In this document: positions 1 to 10,359 of the stretch, one piece after another
Layout of the letters: every line of letters begins with the position of its first letter
Position numbering within the stretch: position 1 is the first letter of the stretch
DNA from: Octopus bimaculoides
Taxonomy: Eukaryota
NCBI RefSeq assembly: GCF_001194135.2
Contig: NC_069000.1
Coordinates: forward strand, 29,004,481 to 29,039,416
Length of the DNA stretch: 34,936 nt
Reading direction: 5' to 3'
Translations under genes and position numbers: made by a program
The notes under the pieces: model-generated
Told to the model about the DNA's origin: nothing
The model's database searches: none
Seen by the model: only the letters and a program-made list of their open reading frames with translations

Positions 1-189
1 CTTTTGCCATGTCCATAAACAAATATCAGGGTCAAATACTGTCTGTAGCTGGTCTTCTCTTGGAAGAGCCCTGCTTCTCACATGGACAACTGTATGTTGG
101 CTGCTCAAGAGTGGGCAGCAACAAAAAACCTATTTGTATATGCTCCACAAGGGAAAACAAGGAACATAGTTTACAATGAGGTCTTATAA
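1..189 (+). pseudogene. C-terminal end of a PIF1-type helicase, most likely Helitron RepHel; frameshifted and cut by the window edge
   Basis: Frame 3 reads FAMSINKYQGQILSVAGLLLEEPCFSHGQLYVGCSRVGSNK. After a +1 slip in the A-run near 123-128 it continues LFVYAPQGKTRNIVYNEVL* (TAA 187-189). This matches PIF1 motifs (FAMTINKSQGQ, FSHGQLYVAxSR) and the typical Helitron end TxNIVYxEVL*. Confidence 0.85.
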
Positions 190-850
190 TCAAAACAGCA
201 AGAAAGTATGTACATGATCACCTTCTTTTACGAAACTTCATTGACTTTCATATATTTATCTTGATATACATATATATACGTGTGTTTGGGTGCGTGTGTG
301 TATATACATCTCTATATATAAAGATGATACGTAGTAGAGCTGATTGGTGTTATTCAATAAAAACAACAACTATAGAACAAGCAATACCAATAGTAAGCAT
401 TTTACTAAGTTTAAAGCCTCATAAATAAAAGCTGGAAGCTTAGAATTAAATTTTAGGGCCACCTGGGATGACTTTTAGCCAGCTGTGGCTCAAAGTAATG
501 AAAACAACTACCTTTTCTAAAATGTTGAGTCTTTCTTTCTCCTCATTGATTATTAGTAGGGTTTCTATAGAGCAAGATATATCAGGGACCTGTTACCAAT
601 AGTCTCTCACTTTTGAGAAATTTAGCAAAATCAATTCTGTTGCCGATGATATCGTGTCTAGTCAGAAAGTCCCCTGGTTAAACTGACCTTATACTGGCCT
701 CCATCTAACTCTAGCCTCTGAAGCTGGAAACTACCTGTTAAATTGTATCATTATAATGTGTTAAAAAACGGATTCTTTTTGACCCATATTCTATCAATGC
801 TGATGACTCCCAACCCCAAAGTTTGGTTATGTTGCCAACACTCTTCCTCC

Positions 851-853
<3 letters not shown>

Positions 854-887
<34 letters not shown>
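854..887. repeat. (TA)n microsatellite at the truncation point of the Mag-like element
   Basis: Perfect TA run seen directly. Confidence 0.95.
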
Positions 888-889
<2 letters not shown>

Positions 890-1400
890 ATGCTCCATGT
901 GTTGTCAATTTTTAAAAAATGCTCATTTAGATGTAGTCAGTACAACACTTCATTCTTCTCTCAACAATCTGTACATAGGTATCATCCACATACAACCTTG
1001 ACATCAAACTGTATTGCTTCCATGAACAGACAACATTGTGCAGGAACTTTATTGTTGCCTTCGAAGCAGGTTGACTGCACCTACATACTTCTGGCCACTT
1101 GGTAAAGCTATCAACAATGATCAAGTAGTACACAGCTTTCACTTGTCCAGTATAGTCTATGTGTACCCTGGACTATGGACTATCTGTCTCAGTTCATGAT
1201 TGGTATTTCAACAGTGGTACCTTGGCAGCTAGCGCACAACTTCTACATAATTTTACCAAATTTTCAATGTCCCTTTATCAACCAATACTCATAACTCCTC
1301 ATCAAAGCTTTCATTCTTGACATCCATGGGTGTCCACTATAAAATTCATGTAATATCCGTTTTTGTAGTGCAGTTAGTACTACCACTCTTTATGTGTACA
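890..1400 (-). pseudogene. Gypsy integrase remnant (N-terminal region and start of catalytic core)
   Basis: ORF 927..1142 reads MKAVYYLIIVDSFTKWPEV...KATIKFLH; the sequence decays and stops at the TA microsatellite. Confidence 0.85.
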
Positions 1401-1599
1401 GTAATACATCGTTGCAGAGTGAAAAGTGGTTTGCATTCGTGTTTCTCTTTTTCAAGATTTCCTTCATTCTTATGATGTATTTGTCCTCAGCTGATTTACT
1501 TTTTATATCTTGTACAATCACTGGCAACTCCTGAATGGCATTATATATAACGTTTTTAATTTCCTTTTTTGATTGTAATGTAGCTATCACTGTATCTTC

Positions 1600-2860
1600 C
1601 AGTGGTTCCGCATTCTTCAGAATTAGCCTAGATAAACAATCCGCATGGCCAGTTTTCATAGAAGGAATGTACTCCATCTTAAAGTTGTAATTTAACAATA
1701 TTGTACTTCAGTATTAGAATCTGTTTGCTGAATGGGTAGGAATTCTGTTCTTTGATACAAAAATTGATGGTAACGGTCAGTGGTCCGTCTGAAGCCGAAA
1801 ACTTCTACTGTGGAGAAATCTGTGAAATTTCTTCACGGCAAAAATAATTGCTAGAACTTCTTTCTCTAACTGACTGTAGTTTTTTTCTGCTGCAATCAGA
1901 GCACATGAGGCACAAACCACTGCCTTCATATTACCATCTTTACGTTTGTTTAGCAAAACTACTCCTATGCCATATTCAGAAGCGTCAAAAGTTACACCAA
2001 TCTCCACTGCAGGATCAAAATGAGCCAGCGACAAGTCTGAAATTAATATTTTTTTAATATCCTGAAACGCTTTTTGACAGTTATTTGACCAATTCCATTT
2101 GGTGTCTTTCTTTAACATGTTTGGTCTGTAATTTTGATAATAGTTTGCTAGGCCAAGAAAAGCTTGCAATGTTGCTATGTTAGTTGGGGAGGCATATTTT
2201 AATTGCATCTGCCCTGGATGGGTCAGGTCATCTTCCATTTTTATCTATAATTTATCCTGAATATTTAATTTTAGGCAAAAGAATTCACATTTCTCCTCAC
2301 TGAGTGTGAAACCGTAATCTCTTATTTTTTGAAAAACACACTTCACATGTTTGATATGTTGATCACAGGATTCACTTATAATTAATGACAGTCCACAAAT
2401 GTCGCATCCATAACCTGTTGAAATATTGCAGGTGTGTCCTTCAGACAAAATGGCAATCTATTATATGCAGACACACATCAGACAGATCCAGTTCCGAAAA
2501 TATTTTGCTACCATTTAATTTTGCAAAAATAGTCTCTGGAGTAGGCAGTGGATAGTGGCACATTTTTAGACAGTCATTCAAACCAGTAGAAAGATCAGCA
2601 CAGACCCTGATTTTTTTTTAATGCACACAGTTGGTGCTGCCCACTTAGAATAATCTACTTTTTGAATAATTTCCATTTTCTCCAGTCTGTCTAAATCGTC
2701 CTCTACCTGCTTTATTGCAGCAAAGGGTTCCTTTCTGTTAGGTTTGAATACAGGTACGACGTTTTCCTTTATTTGCAAACAGGCCTCAGTCTTAGAACAG
2801 AGACCTAATATATCCGACAGCACTTCAGGAAACAAGTTTTTAAATTTCTTCTTCAATTCA
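1600..2860 (-). pseudogene. Gypsy RT and RNase H remnant; catalytic YxDD deleted
   Basis: ORFs 2578..2856, 2245..2448, 1777..2238 and 1390..1698. Around 2385-2400 the sequence runs from ..QVMDA.. straight into GLSLIISES with no YxDD. Confidence 0.9.
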
Positions 2861-3099
2861 GCTGCTGAGTTATTTTCACTGGTGGGGCAGCCATTTATTT
2901 TTTTATGGAATAGATTTATGGAGCGGGGGGAGTCTCATAAGTCAAACAACTCCAACCAGTCTGTACTGAATAGATTGGTTGCGTTTTTTTACCATGGAAA
3001 CTTTTGCTCTACAGGTTTTTCCCCAAAATGTGATATCACTCCATATTTTGCTTATGTAGAGTAGTTTTCACCTGCCATGCCTCGTGTAATTTTCAATGT

Positions 3100-3190
3100 T
3101 TTTCCCCGTGTTGGTATTAATAATTGAGATGTTGCTACTAGTATCTAGTTGTAATTTAATATTCAATTCATTTACTTTTACATGTACAAA
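3100..3190 (-). pseudogene. Retroviral-type aspartic protease remnant
   Basis: Manual translation VHVKVNELNIKLQLDTSSNISIIN, a degenerate LDTG motif. Confidence 0.8.
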
Positions 3191-3271
3191 TTTCCTCTTT
3201 TTGGTGTTGCTTCCACTTTCTGTTGAGAAAACTTTGCAATTTTTTATATTTGACCTTCCTAACTTTGCTCT

Positions 3272-4121
3272 GCAATGTGAGCTCTTGTGTCATACTTTTT
3301 GGCAACTGTAACATTTTTGCATTTTGAAAGGACAATCCTTCCTGAAATGTTGGGTTCCACATCAGTAGCATGGGTTTCATCTGAACATTTTTTTTTTTTC
3401 GTTTATACCTTCCCAGTTAACATGCTTGTACTTGTAAGAACTCCTTCTCTTCAATTTTCTTTACATCCTGACATAAGTTTACCATTCTTTGACACTCCTC
3501 TACAACTGTCTGCAGGGTTAAACTTTGGTCTGCTCGTTCAAGTTTTGTGAGAATTTTTGCACGTATCTCCGCATCTTTGTCTGTCGTAAGCCCTTGTACA
3601 AAAACGAGGTACTTAAACATATCAGGAGTTAATTTCTTCAGTTTAAACCTTTCACACATTCAATTTACAGTCCCAGCATACGTGACAAAGTCTTCACCCC
3701 TTCTTTTAACTAGATTCCAACACTCCCATCGAGTGTTAAATAGGGAACTTATCACTGAATATCTTTGATAGAAGTTTGACTGTTTCCTGATAACAAATTT
3801 CACTAGTTTTGGCAGGTAGTGTGAAATTATAATATTTTTCATGTTCAGCCGGCACTAATTTATGTAATAATAGTCTTACTTTTCTGTCGTCTGTCCACAA
3901 AACGTTATACCCTCCTCTGGGTCATAACTGAATTCTGTTATTGAGTTCAATACGCCATCTTGCGAAAATGAACTGACAGTCTTTCTGGACTTCTTAAGAC
4001 ATAGCTCCATTAACTGTCATTGTTTTTCTTGTTGCTGCAGTAGTTGTTTCTGCAACTCCTGTTGCTGTTCTTGCTGCTGTTTTTGCAACTGTATTATAGA
4101 AGCTAATAGGTTTTCCATCAT
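3272..4121 (-). pseudogene. Gag remnant with two zinc knuckles
   Basis: Starts ATGATGGAA at 4121 with a Q-rich coiled coil (LLASIIQLQKQQQEQQQELQKQ) and a YDPEEGITF motif. 3370-3272 reads CY*CGTQHFRKDC-PFKMQK-CYSCQKV*HKSSHC, i.e. C-x2-C-x3-H-x4-C plus C-x2-C-x4-H-x4-C, the double knuckle typical of the Mag lineage. Confidence 0.82.
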
Positions 4122-4202
4122 TAACAACTTTGTCTCACAAAAATTTGTTAACTGACCTGTGTGAGCTTCGAATTCTTATCGCCAATATTTTGTATTGCCA
4201 AT

Positions 4203-4470
4203 TGTTATGGCGTTACTTTTTTACACTATAACCATATACTAACTATTATATATATAACGAAATTAGGTAACAACTACGAAACAATCCAACAAACTGTCCA
4301 TGAACTATACACGAACCAACAAACAATATTCCGACAAACTACGAAAACGACACCTTACGATTTCCTGCGATTAATGCCTACTCGATCTGTCTCTCACTCA
4401 GACTTCCACTATTTATAGTCATTTGGTCAAGTCTATTCTTACAGAGGGTGTCATCACTCTCACCACAACA
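4203..4470 (-). repeat. Putative 5' LTR of the Mag-like element
   Basis: On the minus strand it begins TGTTGT and ends ATAACA, has TATAAAT near 4411-4417, and is followed by TGGCAA/TGGCGATAAG PBS-like sequence (4177-4201). There is no second copy to confirm the boundaries. Confidence 0.55.
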
Positions 4471-4699
4471 AATCTCTAGCCTTCAAGCACACTGTCCCCT
4501 CCTTTTGTCTGTACTAAACCTACTACAACTGCCTCTGCTCCTCAGAACTATCTAGTTGCATACTATCTACTCCCAAACCCACTCAACATGCTCATTGCTA
4601 CACTCATTGTACATTCTGTACTTTCCTCTACTCAAACTCTGATCTCCTTATTCAGCTGTTCCTCCCCAAGATATCAACCAACTGAAAATGCTTTCCTAA

Positions 4700-4870
4700 A
4701 AATGTTACTCACCCTATCAGCTCCAATTAAATAGATCTGTGATCAAAGATATTCCAGATGTGACCATCTTGTTTCTTTACAGCTGTCTAGGACCACATTA
4801 TCCTTATTCTATTCCTATTTTCAAAACAGTGGGGTGTGATTTGAGAGAGATTTTACTGTTATATCTAGCA
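4700..4870 (+). mobile_element. Old dispersed repeat, unclassified family A (copy 1)
   Basis: Shares CAGATGTGACCATC..GGACCACATTATCC..GGTGTGATTTGAG..CTGTTA..TAGCA with copies at 6715-6880, 29420-29630, 29765-29960 and 32235-32410. Confidence 0.7.
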
Positions 4871-5094
4871 TCTTTTATTCAAGTTTTCTCCCACAAGCAT
4901 TGACGTACAGACATTCAACCAACTAGCATACCTAAAAGGGGAATAGGAGATGGTCTTCCCAAGTGGAATTTTTGCAGGAAAGTATTTTATATATGTATTG
5001 TTTATTATTTTTGTGGAGTATGTAGATCATCCCAGACAGCATAAGCTCTAGCTAGACCACTGCACCAAGCAGAGTAATTTTTTCCCATCTCTGT

Positions 5095-5192
5095 GACATG
5101 TAAAAAACACCCAGTACACTCTGTGGAGTTGTTGGCATACAAGTTGGCATACAAGTATGGAAAACGGACATTAAATGATGATGATGAAGATG
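5095..5192 (+). mobile_element. Internally deleted copy of the RTE-LINE 3' tail element
   Basis: TGTAAAAAACACCCAGTACACTCTGTGGAGTTGTTGGC..ATGGAAAACGGACATTAAATGATGATGATG matches both ends of the tail at 26106-26276 and 23240-23421. Confidence 0.75.
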
Positions 5193-6062
5193 ATAAAAAA
5201 GAAAAGAAAATTGAATTAAAAGACCATGTCTAACTTTACAGTTTTAGGGAATGACATGAAATTTCACTTGTTGAGGATCTGGCTTGGGTTCATTTGGTGG
5301 CATCACTTAACTAGCTCTGTTAGCATAGCTCCAGTTTTATGGAACCATTGCTTACATAGCTTCATTCACATGGCTACAGAGCTAAATCCAGTCAGATTTA
5401 GCAAACTCTGTGTGAATATGAGGCAGCATCAAGCCTTATGGGTCACTTCAATTAGATTTCAGATGAAAGAGACAAATAAATAAATAAAAAGACACATTAA
5501 CAATAATAACAATAACAAAAATATTAACAGATGTCGGTATTTTATGAAAGAAAAATCTGTTACAATTCTGAAATAAGTTTCTCCTTGCTCCTACCTATCC
5601 TATCCTGCCTTGGCTTATGAACAAATATCTAAATATCCATGACATTATATGTGTGTGAGTGTGTGTATATATATGTGTATCTGTCTAAATTTGCAACTAT
5701 ACACACACATACTCTAGAGTCAGTCACATACATATTTCTTCTAAGAAATATGCCAATACTTTCCTCAATCTGAATAAAAGAGACACTTTAGACCTTTTCA
5801 GTGTTTGCCAGCCTGTATAATGTATAATGTACAATACAGAGTATCTATAGCATTACACTTTACATTCATACTTGTAAATTATGGAAACAAACTAAGCAAA
5901 TAAACAAACAAAATCTAATAAACATGCCAGTTAGAAAACAATTTGCTAACACTGTGTAGTGTCTAATATGATTTCTATTTGTAAAGGTCAACGACTGACC
6001 TTTTAACATTTATTACCTCAGTTTGCTGGTTCTCACCTATGGAGTGGATCATCCAGTAAAAC

Positions 6063-6271
<209 letters not shown>

Positions 6272-6714
6272 TTTTATCTCACCTTCTTGTGTTTGTTATA
6301 TTAATAGAACTGAAAGGAAGGCAAAGAAGGAAAGAAAGAAGGGAAAATAAAATAAGAAAGAAACAGAAAACGACAAGGCTCCTCCTCTTTCTACTCCCAC
6401 TCAGTCCCCATTCTTAGGTGATTTCTTAAGTCTCATAAATCAAGTCAAAGTAGAGTATTTTGTATGGTTGAAATAAAGAAAGCTGTTGTAATTTATTCTG
6501 TCATTTTTTCTGTGTTCTGTCGTATTTACATGCTCTAGAAGATCCACTACAAGCAAGTGTGGATGAGTGCAAGCAGAGCATTTGGGATCTTGGGACCTTT
6601 CTAAATTGATAACAAATTAATTGGGTGTGAAATGCTATAAACCATTTATGCATCGCATAGGACTTCACCATTTACCTTTTAATTTCATCTATTGCATGAA
6701 CCAATAGAGGATCT

Positions 6715-6880
6715 GGTCACTCCATCTGCAAGAAATAGCAGCCAAATTTCCCTCAAAACACACTCTGGACGATGTAGTCCACCATTTTATGTCTGAATGA
6801 AAGATAAGATGGTGATTATTGAATGCCTTTGATCATAAGTCCACACAGTCAAGGATAAGTTGTGCTAAACAACAATATCT
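6715..6880 (-). mobile_element. Old dispersed repeat family A (copy 2)
   Basis: Reverse complement of the family core: AAATAGCAGCCAAATTTCCCTCAAAACACAC..GTAGTCC..GATGGTGA..GAATGCCTTTGATCATAAG. Confidence 0.6.
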
Positions 6881-7151
6881 ATTACATCCACTACATCACC
6901 TCACTGTCATCTTGTACAAGTAGGGTACCCTAAAAGATAACTACAGCTGCCATTAACATTGAATGAGATATGAAGTAAATATCGCCCGTTTATGGAAACA
7001 ATTGTAATATTAATCTGGTTTCTCCTTTCTTTATTTAAGTCATTACTTTTATTATTCACTATATATGGCTTATATTAATCTTGCTGGAGCTGTGAAGTAT
7101 TCCTTGTAGCACCAATTGAAGCTTTACAGATCTCCTTTTGATTTTGGAATA

Positions 7152-8500
7152 CGGGGATATCTTGGCTGAAGTCATTTCGACTTAAGTCGTTCTCAAAGAT
7201 ATGTTGGTTTTCAAAAATAGTATATGGAAAAATAAAAATCAAGTTAAGTTATTTTACTCAACTTTACGTCGGTCCGTCAATAATACTGGAATCATAAAAT
7301 CACTAAAAAACATGAAAAACACATAAAATCATGTTAAAATGAATAATAATAAAAGCATAAAAAACTATATCAAAATGCAGTAAATGCTAAAATGCACACC
7401 ATAAAGTAGTGTAGCCTAGTTCACTAAAGCATGGAATTAGCTGTGTTGTCTTATTTATTTGTCTTCGGAACTCGTATTGCACTGGTAGTTCCAAAATCTA
7501 CCGTTAGACATCGTCGTGATTCCCGCGATTGTTTTGAAATTAGATTTGTTTACATCTGTTTATTGTTTAGATTCTCTCATTTACATTCATTTGTCAGTTT
7601 AATTTTTGCCCCCACGCCTCCTAAGAAAAATCCTGGTGAAAGTGCTAAGCGTAATTGTGCATAATAAGGACAAGGTTTTAACACACATCACATCTGAAGC
7701 CTCAGAGATGAAGAACACTGTCATCAACAAGAGGCAAAATCTTTGAAGGAATGGAAAGTCTTCTATCTATTTGGATTGATAGGCAAAATCGTCAGAATGC
7801 TATTCTTAGTCAATTAATCGTTCAGGAGAAAGTGTTGTCTTTGTTTGAGGACCCGAAGGAAAAATGTCCAGATGAGAAAGATGTGGAGTTCGAGGGAAGT
7901 CAAGGATGGTATATGAGATTTAAAAACCCGAGAAGTTATCACTTCCTTAAGAAACAAGGTGAAAGCGCATCAGCTGACGAACATGCAGCAGCGGAATTTC
8001 CTGCGACATTGAAGATCATCGAAGAAAACGGGTTTCTTTCTGAGCAAATATTCAATGTAGATGAGACTGGATTATGTTGGAAGAAATTGCCAGATCGTTC
8101 ATTCATTTCAAGGAGAAGAAAACAATTACAGGCTACAATGTCTCAAAAGAACATATGATTATAATGTTGGGAGGTAATTGTGCAGAAGATTTTAAGTTAA
8201 AGTCACTGCTTGTGTATCATGTACACAACCCCCGTGCCCTGAAGAACATACCCAAAACATATCTCCCTGTTATATGGATGGCTAATTCAAAAGTGTGGGT
8301 TACAGTTGTTACTTTTGAAGATTGGTTCTTTAATCATTTTATCCCAGCAGCAGAGAAGTATTATAAAGGAGAAGGGGATTTCTTTTAAGGTTTTACAAAA
8401 TAATAACAGTTTGTAAGCTTAAAATAGTTTTTTATTAACCGTTTCTTAGTGAAAATGCATTCATGAATAAAGTACAGCACGGGGAAATGGCTATTAGCGA
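7152..8500 (+). mobile_element. Tigger/pogo-like DNA transposon, left part, internally deleted
   Basis: Starts after TA (7150-7151), with subterminal palindrome CGACTTAAGTCG (7178-7189) mirrored at 13575-13586. Contains a degenerate pogo-type transposase. Confidence 0.85.
7610..8388 (+). pseudogene. Tigger (TIGD1-like) CENP-B HTH/DDE_1 transposase remnant
   Basis: PPKKNPGESAKR start; LLSIWI..Q; F.GSQGWYMRFK; GESASADEHAAAEFP; QIFNVDETGLCWKKLPDRSFI; LGGNCAEDFKLKSLLVYH..NPRALKN..LPVIWMANSKVWVT..FEDWF. Frameshifted and truncated. Confidence 0.93.
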
Positions 8501-8900
8501 TGTAAACACCACCAAATTGTACATATTGGTAAATTTGAAATACTTTAGTGCAGGCGCAGTTATCTCCCCTGCTGGCAGCTGCCTAAATAACCGGCCACAA
8601 GAGGGCACATGCAACACTAAGGTTCGGACACTTACTCCTTCCTCTTTTGCATCGAGCTTGAAGACATGTCTAGCTACCTCTCGTATACACGCGACAGCTA
8701 GCAGACATGAGGTATTACACAGAAGAGTTTGCAAGTGACGGTCATGTTCATCAAACTCTTTCCATTATTATTCAATTTGTATATATTTGAGACCTCTATT
8801 AATTCATTGTACAGTGTTCCTTTATCGTATGACATATTACAGCCTTCTGAACTGAGCCATCATTAGATGGTTTCACAGCATGAGACCACGACCATCTAAA
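8501..8900 (+). repeat. Putative 5' LTR of the CsRn1-like element
   Basis: Begins with TGT exactly where similarity to the Tigger end stops, and ends just before the PBS. The 3' boundary is uncertain and there is no partner LTR. Confidence 0.55.
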
Positions 8901-8901
8901 A

Positions 8902-8911
8902 TGGTGACCCC
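8902..8911 (+). promoter_or_regulatory. Primer-binding-site-like TGGTGACCCC
   Basis: TGG-initial motif immediately after the putative LTR. Confidence 0.6.
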
Positions 8912-9539
8912 CCCCCCCATGCAGCACACGCACCACGACGTTCTAGATCACAATTCCTTCTAAAATGGTAACCTTCCTCGGACGAATTTCTGATCTGTGA
9001 ATACATGCATTCCTTTTTCTCGTTTCCAACTTTGTCTATGCGGCTAAACCGCCATTCATCGTGTAAGAACATACCACTGATGTCTCTCTCATCACCATAT
9101 TGTCTTCTCTGCCAAAAAATTTTGGTGCCATTTTCAGGCGGGAACTGCACATCATTTTTTTCATTGTGTTGTAACTGAAATTACAACCTTGTCCTTCTAA
9201 GACATAGCTTCCCAGGAGAATCTTCTTCTTTTCACATGCAAGAAGGATATTTAACAGCCAATGTTATCCGGAATTCACATGGATAACAATTTTTCCTATG
9301 AACCAGGTATGGGTTTCTTCCTTTCAACCCTACCCGGATTATCCATGTGTTGGCCATTGTCTTGTTCTCCATTCATTAGCAAGGACTTCTCCCATTTCAT
9401 CCTCTGCTGAAAAATTCCTAGTTCGATGCTCGTTGTGTCTTGTTTCAACTAGAGCGTTTGACTGCCATTTCTAACGGCGTTTCCTTCAGCCAGCTTGTTC
9501 GACGTGGCGTTCCGTTTCCTATTATTGTCTAAAGACAAG

Positions 9540-10310
9540 TAGTTTACTTTGCCTCAATTTCACGGGGATGCTAAGATGTGGTTTTCACAGTTGGGATCGT
9601 TTTTCATTTCCTCTAATATTCAGTCAGCTCAGAGCAAACTCCAAATTGCGCTTGCAGCCATTCCTTCTCCTTTTGCACTCTCAGTCCATGATATGATAAC
9701 TGGAGGTCCACCTGACATGATGCAGGAATCCTTCAAAACTTAGGTTTTCAGACGCAACTCTCCTTCTGCTGAAAGTAAATTTTGCACACTCTTGCGGGAC
9801 GTGCATTTAGGCGACCGAACCCCCACCGAGTTTTTGCAACGGATCCGGGAGTTGACCGATAGTTCATATGAGGGGCAATCATTCGTCAAACAGTTATTTT
9901 TTTCAAGGATGCCTTCTAATGTCCAATCGATTTTAGCACCCATAATGGAACATACTACCATTGAACAACTTGCCTCTGCAGACAGGATCAAGGAATTCTC
10001 TGGCACACCGTCATCCAATAACATCATCACAGTCGCTTCTTCGTCTTCCTCGCGAGCTTGCACTTCTGCTCCGGACGATACACAATACTCTGAAATCTTA
10101 CAGGCCATTAGAGAACTGACCCATCAGTTTTCATGCATGTGCCGGGACTATTTTTCTTCATGCAACTATTCTGCAGGGAGAACCAGACGTTTTTCTTTCT
10201 CGCGCAGATGCGCTCTTCCTGCTCCACCACTTTGTTGGTACCATAGGCAATTCAAGGACCAGGCTGAAAAGTGCACACAACCCTGCTCTTACTCTTCTCA
10301 GGGGAACTAG
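9540..10310 (+). pseudogene. Gag remnant with CHCC motif
   Basis: LPQFHGDAKMWFSQL..; LGDRTPTEFLQRIREL; CWYHRQFKDQAEKCTQPC = C-x2-H-x9-C-x3-C, the hallmark of CsRn1-lineage Gag. Confidence 0.88.
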
Positions 10311-10359
10311 GCCGGGAGGCACTGGGAACGACAGTTATCTCCTCCATTGATTCACCTTA

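Larger units (their letters stand above)
890..4470 (-). mobile_element. Degenerate Ty3/Gypsy LTR retrotransposon, Mag-like; 3'-truncated within integrase, no 3' LTR found
   Basis: Minus-strand order is LTR-PBS-gag-protease-RT-RNaseH-integrase. Diagnostic peptides: LQLDTSS (protease), WAAPTVCIKKK and RLPF..PAIFQQVMD (RT), FDASEYGIGVVL..NYSQLEKEVLAIIFAVKKFH (RNaseH), YLIIVDSFTKWPEV (integrase). Many stops and frameshifts. Confidence 0.93.

Noticed and set aside
600-850. 3' LTR of the Mag-like element
   Set aside because: No similarity to 4203-4470 was found downstream of the integrase.
4480-4700. Possible RTE RT relic on the minus strand (YLGEEQLNKEIRV)
   Set aside because: A single short motif among stops; too weak to call.
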